DNA from: Podarcis tiliguerta
Taxonomy: Eukaryota
Reading direction: 5' to 3' (one strand)
Assembly (NCBI GenBank): GCA_965153285.1
Contig: OZ229116.1
Length of the DNA: 64,000 bases
This document shows, one piece after another, positions 50,986 through 62,023 of this stretch (within the stretch, counting starts at the first letter, position 1; each line of letters opens with the position of its first letter). The notes beneath the pieces are model-generated. The model was not told the origin of the DNA, did no database searches, and saw only the letters and a list, made by a program, of their open reading frames with translations. A program made the position numbers and the translations under genes.

Positions 50986-51966
50986 CATAAGCTGGAATGC
51001 TGCTGATGTGCACACCGTTTCACAGATAAACAAAGCCAAGTGACTATTTATTTTAATTTATCATGAAACACCAAGTTATGCCTTGTAAGCGTAGAAGTGG
51101 ATTCTTATTCTCTAGAAAAGGAGAGAACCCCAATAACTAACAAGTCAGTTAAACCTTTCTTGGTAAGATTAAGTTTTCTACATAGGTATGTAATGCGCAC
51201 AGTTACCGCATAAACAAGTATGGAAATTTGTACACAGGAATCCTCATGTTAGATGAAAATCATGAAAATCTTATGTTTTTATGCATTTTCCCTAGCTCTT
51301 GGAACATTGACTCCTGAATATATATAGTATTTTAAGAACATTTTTACTGGAAATATGTGTGTCTTTTCAAGGCTCAATACATCATAGCATCTACTAGGAA
51401 TTCCTCACAAAACATTATGAGAGCGGGTGAGGGGAGGGAACTTATAAAATAATTTCAAAGTAAAACATTCTAAAACTTTTTTATATGAAAAATGCAAACT
51501 AATGGATGCTTAATTAAACATTTTCTGAAAATTTATTTATTATAATTATTTTCTTCAGCAGAAGGGCTGGAGTAATTCTTTTTTGAATATTTCCTAAGTT
51601 GTTAGCTGTCTATCGATCAGCATTTACGGAATGCATGTGTCCAGAACAGAAGACAAGTTCTTCTTGGTCCCTAGTAGGAATCTGGCTACTCCAAGACTTC
51701 TCCTGTAATTGCAAACTACACATGGTCCAGCTCTTTTGCTCCACAGCATCACAATGCTGACTCGTATAACAGTATTCATCTAGCGTCTGCTCCCTCTGTC
51801 TTTCAGAAGTGTTATTTTCTGTGCTTTTGATTATAGTTTCCTTACACGTCCTTACAGTTGAATCTTTACAATCTGCCAAATTCTGGAGGTAAGGAACATT
51901 TTCAGAGAATCCCATCCCCTCCCTCCCTCCCTCCCTCCCTCCCTCCCTTCCTTCCTTCCTTCCTCA

Positions 51967-52480
51967 CCTGGAGTACTGTGTCCAGTTCTGGGCACCACAG
52001 TTCAAGAAGGACACTGACAAACTGGAACGTGTCCAGAGGAGGGCAACCAAAATGGTCAAAGGCCTGGAAACAATGCCTTATGAGGAACGGCTAAGGGAGC
52101 TGGGCATGTTTAGTCTGGAAAAGAGGAGGTTAAGGGGTGATATGATAGCCATGTTCAAATATATAAAAGGATGTCACATAGAGGAGGGAGAAAGGTTGTT
52201 TTCTGCTGCTCCAGAGAAGCGGACACGGAGCAATGGATCCAAACTACAAGAAAGAAGATTCCACCTAAACATTAGGAAGAACTTCCTGACAGTAAGAGCT
52301 GTTTGACAGTGGAATTTGCTGCCAAGGAGTGTGGTGGAGTCTCCTTCTTTGGAGGTCTTTAAGCAGAGGCTTGACAACCATATGTCAGGAGTGCTCTGAT
52401 GGTGTTTCCTGCTTGGCAGGGGGTTAAACTCGATGGCCCTTGTGGTCTCTTCCAACTCTATGACTCTATTATTCTCTATT
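51967..52480 (+). mobile_element. CR1 LINE 3' end inserted in a (CCCT/CCTT)n microsatellite
   Basis: [32 protein letters not shown]...[10 protein letters not shown]1 ORF2 C-terminus and the CTCTATGA tail. Confidence 0.95.
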
Positions 52481-55400
52481 ATTCCTTCCTTCCTTTCTTT
52501 CTGTTTACTGAGGGTACAATAAACAGCTTCTATTTAGACAGTGCCTGTTTACTGAGGGTACAATAAGCAGCAATGTTAAGATCTCTCCCGCTTCTACTTA
52601 GGCAGTGGTGGGTCATAAAAATCTGTTCACTGGTATTAGTTCCATAGCAGACCCTGCCTCCTGCCTCCTACTTGCTGGTGCCATGCAGAGCTCCTTCTGC
52701 AGCATTTGCTCCCCTGTGGCCAGAGCAGGATCTAACCACCAATGCAGGAACAATTACAGTAATTGCTCTACCAGCGCTTGGCATGGTATTGAATCCAACA
52801 GAGTGAAATAGGTTTGTTGGACACCATAGGCTGTGTACACGTGTAGCCTCTAAAATGCACAAGGGAAATCCTCCCCCTTCACTTTTGTACGTAGTTGTTT
52901 GCAGTGCTTCTTCTTTTCTTTTTTTACAAAGAGATGTGCAGGAACTCCCAAAGTTGTTGAGATTCTTTTTGGGAGCCGTCAAAAACACCACGCCGCATCA
53001 ACTACCTTAAAAAGAGCCCAAAACACTCACCACGCCAAGTCCCAATCCATCCCAGGTCTGCCGGAACGCTCAGGAGAGGTGCTACTGGAAAAAAGACCTG
53101 GTTGTTTGCAATTTCACACACCTTTGTGCAATAACATCATCCAAAGTAGCAGCTACTCTCTGTGCTGTCTATACACAGGTGGGCATGTTTTCAAACTAGT
53201 GTGTAATAAAGTTCTGTGTTCCCCTCCCCATCAGTATTTTCTATTTTCACATACCTTAAAAAAAGCACACATTTTTAAGTCTTTTGGGAGGGGGTTGGAA
53301 ACTGATGTGTTGATATACATATACATATACATATATATATGTTTATGGAGAGAGCTAAGTTGCTGTACTGCTCTGTTTTTTTTGGGGGGGGGTGTTGCCT
53401 ATTTCATTCACAGACAGGTTAAACAAGGTGAGGAGCAGTGGCACAGCCATGCAACATCAGTAGATCTGCTCCAATGGGAGGTGACCTAAGAAAGCATTCT
53501 TGGTCTACACATGCATGCAACAAGTGCTTGAGAAGTACAATCTTGGCACAAAACAGATTATAACCATTCCAGAAGGATACACCTAAAATGACAAATAGTG
53601 TGGGACAGGGCTGACATCGGGATGACGTGTGCTCAGCACCCCCAAAAGGCGTATCTGAATCCGGCACTGAATGCACATTATCATGCAGTTTGTACACACC
53701 ATTACTGGTATATTTGAACTCATATGCTCTAGATGAAGGAGGATGTCAAAGGATTGCTAGATTAGAGACTTTGGCAATTAAGTAGTATATGAAAATACAT
53801 TAAATGAAAAGATAGTGATAATTACATTATGACGGCCAGGAACTGAGAGCAATAGAAAGACAAAGTAAGAGAGTGATACAAGAAATCAAGATATCTAATT
53901 CAGAAGTATTTTATGATACTGTAGAGGTTTCTTTGGAAAATAACAGAAGTAGTTTGTTTTTTATTTGTCCACATTAATGGTAATAGCCCCTATTATTGTT
54001 CTGTATAATAGCCCGCAAGATGCAATTTCCCCCCATTAATTAATTTCATTAAATTTTCATCTTACGGTCTGTCCCACAACACCGCACAGCATGCACAGAA
54101 TTCCATTCCATAAAATCAGACCAATGACCTATCCAGTCAAGCATCCTGTCTCCCAGTGGCTGGCCAGATTCCTCTCAGAAGCTCCAGTTTTGGACCACTG
54201 CAACTAAAATCAGGGACACGATGCCTCTGGGACTAGGGGTAATATTGTCACCATGACTATGGCTTTATCCGCCATAAATTTCTTTATTAAATTTACATCT
54301 TGCCATTTTTCCTGTAGGAGCCCTCATATGATCTAATTCTCCTTAAAGCCACCAAGTTGGGGGTGATCACTGCATCTTGTAGTAGCAAATTCCATAGCTG
54401 AACTATAAGGTGAACTATGACTTACATTGTTATAAAGAACAAAGGAACATAAGAAGAAGCCTGCAATATTGGCCCAAAGGTGGAGCATGTCCAGCACTCA
54501 TGGAGGCCACCCGAAGCCCATGGGAAGCCCCCAAGCAGAACATGAGCACAACAGCACTGCCACCACCTGTGATTCCATGAACCTCATACTCACAGGCATA
54601 CAGCCTCTGGCAGTGGAGGCAGAACCTAGACATCATGGTTAGTAGCCATGGAATTCGTCTAAACCTCTTTTAAAGCCATTCAGGCTGTGGGCTATCACAG
54701 CCTCTTGTTAGTTATGAGACAGAGAGAAAACTTTTCTATTTCTGCATTTTCCACACTATGCTGAAATCTATGCCTCTCAACTATGTCCTTCCTTATATGC
54801 CTTTTCTCCCCTAAACTAAAAAATCCCAAATGTCACAACCTTACCTCATAGGGGAATTACTCCACCCACCTGTCATTGTGCTTGCCCTTTCCTGAACATT
54901 CTTCAGTTTTATTTTTAATTCCTTTCCTAGCATTCTCTACCATGGTTTTCACCTTTTCCACATCTGTTCTACACTGTGTCAATATCTTCATCAAGCTATC
55001 CACTATTACTCCAGGATCTTGTTCCTAGTCAGTCACCACTGATCACAAAATGTGTGAAAAAAGATCTCTTTGCACTTTCTTACATGGGGTCTTACATTGA
55101 ATTGCTGTTACCTTATTACTGATATCTACATCAGTACGGAAAACTCAAATTCACTGCACTCTTTCATTTCATTCATAATTACTAGAAGTTAAACCATAAC
55201 AAGATCAAGACTCACCTGAAGATCATTTTCAGCTACAGCATTGAAGATGTCCCTGCCATTGCAACTTGAAGGCTACTTGTAAAAAATGTTCTCTACATTA
55301 TGAACAGCAGGTTCTAGTAATATAATTTCATGCTTTTTTGGTTCTCTCATTTACTAAATCAGGTAGGTAAGAGGAAGACAAACTAAAAATATTAGTTTTA

Positions 55401-55583
55401 CTCAGTGCAATTTGTCTAGGCAAAGAGGCCCCTACTTTGTTCTCTTATAATGGCAAAGGAGCCTACCTGAGAGGAGCCAGAACTGAGTTCTGGTGCGTTC
55501 TGACTGAAAAAAAAGTCTGGTTTTATTCCTACAAGGAGCAAGGTTGTGGTGCCAACATCACAGTTCCTGAAAGTAAAGCTTAC

Positions 55584-58013
55584 CTGCTCACCAACCTCCT
55601 CTTTGGCACTGGCATCCCCACCGTTGCCATCCACAAGAACCACCTGAGAGCTATCATTGCATAGAAAGTTTTCTGCCACCTGGATATGGGGTTTCGGGAA
55701 AGAGATCTGCTCTTTCCTCATCTCTGATGATAGACAGAGTTGGTAGGAATAAGGTAAAGTTCCTTCTTCATAGTTTGGTGGAAATATGACCTGCGCCTTA
55801 GAAAAAGCATTAGGTTCAAAGCATTGAAATAATTTGGGATTTCCTGATTGTCGAAGTTTCATGACAATGACCAGTATCACCATCAGGAGGAATAAAAATG
55901 AGATCAATGCCAAAGCCAGCACCAAGTAAAACTGGAGGTCAGAATGATGCTCTGTGTCACTGGACTGCCTAGTCATTTCTGGAAGTGCCTCTTGGAAGTT
56001 CTCGGCAACCACAAGGTTGAGGACCACAGTAGCTGAGAGCGGAGCCTTCCCATTGTCCTTCACCAAGATGACCAGCTTCTGTTTCACAGCATCTTTCTCC
56101 AGAAGGGCTCGTGACGTCCTGATCTCTCCCGTGTGGGTCCCAATGGTGAAGAGGGCCGGCTCTGTGGCCTGCAGCACTTGGTAGGAGAGCCAGGCATTGT
56201 GCCCAGAGTCCGCGTCCACAGCCACCACTTTGGTCACTAGGTAGCCTGGCTCTGCCGAGTGAGGAACCATCTCAAACAAGGCAGAGCCCTCAACACCCGG
56301 GACAGGATACAGAACGCGAGGGCTGTTATCGTTCTGATCCAAAATGTACACCCACACGGTGGCGTTGTTGCTGAGAGAGGGAGAGCCGCCATCTTGGGCC
56401 TTCACTTGGATCTTAAACTCCCGGAATTGCTCATAGTCAAAGGAGCGCTGTGCATAGATAGTTCCCGTCTCAGAGTTGATGGAGACATAAGAGGAGAGAG
56501 GCAGTTCCTCCATGTTGCTGTTGAGGATGGAGTAAGTGATACGTGAGTTGCGGTCCAGATCCGGGTCCGAGGCTTTGATGGAGAAAATGGAGGCACCTGA
56601 GGGATTGTTTTCAGGCACAAAGACACTGTAGGTTGCTTTTTCAAAGGCAGGGGGGTTGTCATTGATGTCTGAAATCTGCAGCGAGATGGTTTTGTTGGAG
56701 GAGAGAGGGGGGCTACCTTTGTCGGTGGCCGTGATGGTGATGTTGTATCTCGAGGCTTTTTCTCTGTCCAAAGGACTGTCTGTGAGAATTTTATAGTAGT
56801 TCTTTGAAGTTGACACTATTTTAAATGGTACATTACCTTGTAGATGGCATGTAATTTTTCCATTTTCTCCAGAATCTTTATCCTTTACATTGATGAGAGC
56901 AATTAGTGTTCCAGAAGCAGAGTCTTCAGAAACTGGACTAGATAAGGAGGCCACGGTGATCTCTGGAGCATTGTCATTCTCATCTATTATCTTTATATCA
57001 ACATTACAGTGAGCCACTAATCCTCCTCCATCTCTTGCTTCAACTGTCATAGTGTACTTCTCTGTTTCCTCAAAGTCAAGGGTCTCCTTAATTGTAACTG
57101 TTCCACTTTGTGGATCTAGTTCAAATATTTGGTGGGCTGTTTCTGGGATGTTATTAAAAATATAACTAATATGTGCATTTAGACCTTCATCCCTATCAGA
57201 GGCTTTTACTTGGAGTATGGAGGACCCCACAGGGGAATTTTCCCTCAGGCTAGCTGTATAAACTTCTTGAGTGAAGACTGGTGGGTTGTCATTGGCATCT
57301 GTGACATTAATCCATATCTGGGCAGACCCAGTTTTTCTGGGTTCACCCCCATCCAGGGCCGTAAGGATCAACTGAAGGGAGTGCTCACTTTCCCTATCCA
57401 AATATTTTTGCAGCACCAATTCTGCATATTTATGGCCATCTTCTCTCTGTCGGATCTCTAGAATGAAATAGTGATTTGGACTTAGCTGGTAATTCTGGAG
57501 AGAATTAATCCCAATATCAGGATCTTCAGCTTTCCCAAGGAGAAATCTGGCACCTGGCAATGTGGATTCAATTATTTGAAGCCCAATATAGCCCTTTATG
57601 AATTGTGGGGCGTTATCATTAATGTCCTGAATTGCTACACTTACATGGAAAACGTTCAATGGCTTTTCAACCATTGCTTCAAAATCAATAATGCAGTGTG
57701 TGCTCTCTCTACACATTCCCTCACGATCTATCCTTTCATTCACATACAGGTTTCCATTTTCAGCATTGATAGTGAAATATGGCTTTTTACCTTCAGAAAG
57801 GATATGCAGGTTTCTGCTCTTCAGGTCTCTGGCATTTAGTCCTAGATCCTTGGCAAGATTTCCCACCAAAGACCCCTTTGCCATCTCCTCAGGGATGGAA
57901 TAGTGAACCTCTTCCAAAACTGCTCCACAGAACAAAGATGATAATATCAGAAGTGTTATATACCTTCCTGGTGTTTGAAAGCTCTCTCCATGAAGGATTC
58001 CTCTCATCTTCAT
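55584..58013 (-). CDS. Protocadherin gammaB-like variable exon (Y)
   Basis: Within ORF 55416..58037. ATG at 58013. Six EC repeats, [12 protein letters not shown] motif. Donor CAG|GTAAGC at 55584/55583, 810 codons. Confidence 0.94.
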
Positions 58014-58254
58014 TTTCCTCTTCCCTTTGATGAGCACAGGATTTCAGATTTCCACCAAGACAGGAGATTTCCCCTCAGTAAAAAAAGAACTGGATCCTTT
58101 GGCTTAATTTGTATATGCTGCAGTGTTTTCTGTTTTCCAGCTGAAACGTTTGTTCCAGCGTCTGCTGGTTTTCCCGATGTGCAGTTTGGGACAAAGAGAT
58201 CTCTCTGCAGAAAGCATCAGTGGAACTTCAGCTGCCCATGGATTGCCGCCTTGT

Positions 58255-58292
58255 CCAACAGTGACACTGTGAGTCTGAAGCAGAGAACTGCA
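58255..58292 (-). promoter_or_regulatory. CSE / CTCF site, CpG-deaminated variant (CACT)
   Basis: Minus strand TGCAGTTCTCTGCTTCAGACTCACAGTGTCACTGTTGG. Confidence 0.8.
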
Positions 58293-58710
58293 ATCTTTTC
58301 CCAGTGATTTTTCTTCCCTAATTCATGACATGGCATGGTGGTATTTATATTTAATGACTCAAACTATATTCTGATACAGGATATGTGAACCCTCTTCTGT
58401 TATAAAGCAGAAATATTTGTGTTTTGTTTGTGTTATCTTTTCACTAGTATTACAGGTTAAAAAAAATCAACTTCAAAGGAGTATTTGATGTAAAGAACAA
58501 GCACTAAAAACATAGTATAGATTCATTTCCTCAATTTAAAGCACTTACAATTTTTACCAAGAATATCAATCTGTAAACCTCTCTAAGAGAAAAATTGAAT
58601 TTCTCTAGTGGATTTCTCTATGAAGTGTTACGGTGTATAAAGAAAAAGACGATGGGAGAATTGAGGAAATTATTTTATTCAAGGTTTTAAAAACCTCCAA
58701 GGAAGGAGAG

Positions 58711-58827
58711 ATAGAATGATGGAATCTTAGAGTTGGAAGTGACCCCAGGGGTCATCTAGTCCAACCCCCTGCAATGCAGGAATCTCAGCTAAAGCATCCA
58801 TGGCAGATGGCCATCCAACCTCTGTTT
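58711..58827 (-). mobile_element. CR1 3' end fragment
   Basis: AGAGTTGGAAGTGACCCCAGGGGTCATCTAGTCCAACCCCCTGC...CATCCAACCTCTG. Confidence 0.75.
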
Positions 58828-61259
58828 ATAAATTGAATTAAGTGCAATTCAAGTGTTCAATGTGCTTTAAGTGTCTTCAGCTGGTGTAGTGTAAGAAACA
58901 GAATAGTAATGCATTTTGTGTCTTGCATTTGGCATGAACTCAGCAGGTTCCCTTAAGTAAGCCACACTTCCCTCAAGGCTCTTCCTGCAGTATGGGAATA
59001 ATTGCACTAATACTATATAATATCATACATTGTAAGTATTATAACACGGGAAGTAATGTAGCTGTTCTGACAAATCCTGGATATTTGAGGAACTTTACTC
59101 AGCTTTAGCTCCAGGCTTAGCCTGCAATCTTTTGCACTGCGCTGGTGGTGGTAGGGTTTGGATTGGTTGGAGCTGTTCCTCAGCCAAGCCCTACCAGCCT
59201 CCACTGGCCTCTACCCACAGGGGGTCAGTCTGCTGGGGCAGAATTGCCTGTTCCCTCTGCCAAATGTATGCTTGGTTAGAAGTCATGCCAGTGGGATCTC
59301 CACTCATGGCAGCTGATGAAAAATTCTGAAACGGGACAAGGACAGGGAGAGACAGGAGCCAGTCCCACTACTGTCCCATGGTGGCACTGGGCCTGATGTG
59401 GGTCTAAGTGAGGTGCGACTCCACCTTCTGCCCAGACCAGCAGCAATGCTGCAGATGTGACAGTGGTCTCTTTGCTCTGTTATGCCTCATGACGCCCAAG
59501 CCAGGATTTTGATAACAGCCTTAGTCATGGTTATAGCTGATCCACAAAAATCAATGTGGTTAACTCAGTAATAGCTCACTTGTCAAGTTGATTTCAATGC
59601 TTCGGCGCTATGTATGGCCAAGTCTGGATCCAGCCCACTATATACATAACCCTAAATAATACATATACCTTCCAAGATAGCCACAATTCACATTTCTTCA
59701 ACAAAAGCAGCCTCTAAGCAGTTTACAACTATAAAATAAATATGATCAACTAGTTGTGCATAAAGGGCTTTAATGTATCTCCAGCTAAATAATCAATATC
59801 CATGCTCTACTCTAGAAGACCACTGCCAATTAGTCTTGACCTGGTGGCGGATTTTATATCACACATACTGAAACATGATTGAACAATACAGGTAAAAAGA
59901 AAAGAAAAAAGTGTGGTCTATGTTTGCTTCCACACCCCAGTATGAAGCCAGACACAGTGGATGGATTTGACTATGTGCCACAACTTATTTATTTACAAGT
60001 CTGATCTACATATGATTAAATTATACTACTTCTACAACCTCAGTGATGACATACTTAATGCCAAGATGGAGGCTAGGAACTGTCTTTTCTGCCAGACACA
60101 TTAAACAGTTGTTGCCATTCTGGGTCCAAGTATTGGATCAACATTGAAACTGGTCTTTTCTCTTCAGTGCCCTCCTCCCCAGCTCCACTGAGTGCAAATG
60201 AGGACCTTTAGGTATCATCAGCCCTGAGCCAGTAAGTCAATGAGGTCATCAGTACAGACGAGTAATTGCCATCACCAGATTCCCCCAAAACTAGTAAGAA
60301 TACCATGGAGGTTGGTTTGGGTAACTCTCCTTTCAGGTCTTGGGCTGCTCACTATAGGATCCTTATGTTTTCTAACCTACATAGCACTTGCCAGTTGCGG
60401 CACATTTAAAAAGAATAGCTGGGGTCCAAATACAGCCAGTCTTTAATTATTGACTGCCTAGCAGATGAGAAATCTCCTGTCATTCATCCTCTCATTTGGC
60501 CAATTTAGCAACAAGAACAAAATACTACCATTCAGCCCCAACTTGGAACTGATAGATCCTGCCTTGTTTGAAGCTAGAAGGAGAAGGCCAGATACTGCCA
60601 TGCCAAACAGAGGCCTAGAGAATGGTGCCACCATGCCCACGCCAACTGTCCACAGAGGCAGCGTTGAGAACATGCTGCACAATTTACACCTCCAAAAGAT
60701 TAAAGTAACAGCGTCTTCTGTGGAGTTCAAAGATACACATAAAAAGGTTGCATCCACATTACACATGACCTCCTACATTAAAACAATGGGTTAAGCATTG
60801 CATCCAGTGCTCAATTAAATACCAACAATTTGATCAGTGAAATCCATTCTGCACTGTTAAATGAAACAGGGAAACTCTAGATCCGAACCATGATGTCAAA
60901 GTACTTTGCACAATGTTCTTCAACATGAACCACAAGTAGCCTATCCAGACTTTTGTAAGGACTCTAGTATATCCTAGATTAAAATCATTTTAGACCTAGT
61001 GAAGCCATATCATATTATTTTAAATCCAGGTAGCTACAATGCACTACTGGTGAAAAATCATACATTGTACTCCAATAATTGAATGTTGTAGTTGACCATT
61101 CTTGATTCAAAAGGAAAGAAAGAAGGGGGCTATGATTATAAAGTAGAAGCATCAGCACATTGCTCCCACCCCATGTCATGAAATGATCAGAAAATAATTA
61201 TCTTCCTCATTTACTGTATTATTTAATGTTCAAGCTACTTATGCTGGAAAGCTGGAATA

Positions 61260-61510
61260 CAATTGTACTTTGGATGCCAAACACCCTGGAACTCGGACGT
61301 TTTGGCTCCCGAATGCCGCAAACCCAGAAGTGATTGTTCTGGTTTGCAAACATTCTTTTGGAACCCAAATGTCCGATGGGGGTTCCGAGACCTCTGATTG
61401 GCTGCAGGAGCTTCCTGCATCCAATCAGAAGCAACAATTTGGTTTTCAAACGTTTTGGAAGTCAAACAAACTTCTGGAACGGATTCTGTTCGACTTCCAA
61501 GGTATGACTG
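61260..61510. mobile_element. Tigger-like MITE (degenerate left TIR)
   Basis: CAATTGTACTTTGGATGCCAAAC vs GTTCGACTTCCAAGGTATGACTG, TA flanks, internal palindrome TCTGATTGG...CCAATCAGA. Confidence 0.7.
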
Positions 61511-62023
61511 TACAACCTGGGAGTAAGCACTATTGAACTCAATAGCACAGAACTCTGCCATACAGAAAGAAGTGCACCTCCTCAATGACATAACAAAAAC
61601 GTCGGCACATTCCACACCCATTCATAAGATTAAATGAGCAATATATATATCCATCTAACTTCATTTAATTTCATGTTCCCACTATTCAAATTCCAAAGCT
61701 TAAATCCTAAGTACTCTTACTTGAGAGAAAGTCACACTGAATTCAACAGGACTCACATCTGGGTAGACGTGGTTAGGATTGAACTGGAAATCTCAAAATA
61801 CAATGGAGAAAATAGACTACACCTGCAACAGATAGTTTTGCCTCAGCTGTTTACTATATATAAAGAAGGTGATGATTCATGAATCTAGATGGAAAATTAA
61901 CTAAAGACTGAAAATTTAAAAGGCAGGTACATATGCTGTATAAAAAGGTTGTATTGCAATGTCACTTAATGGTAAAGAACTACAGAGTGTACCACACATG
62001 TAAATACAGAGAACAAATCTTAC

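Noticed and set aside
52501-52567. 22-bp direct repeat CTGTTTACTGAGGGTACAATAA twice
   Set aside because: Simple local duplication of two units in a eukaryotic genome, not a CRISPR array
52899-53489. 196-aa plus-strand ORF (similar case at 32217..32759)
   Set aside because: Non-ATG start, runs through microsatellite or SINE sequence, and has no protein-like features
55416-55583. ORF extensions past the splice donors (e.g. 55 extra codons here)
   Set aside because: Intronic read-through, partly into a repeat fragment. Not conserved between paralogs, although unspliced isoforms cannot be excluded.
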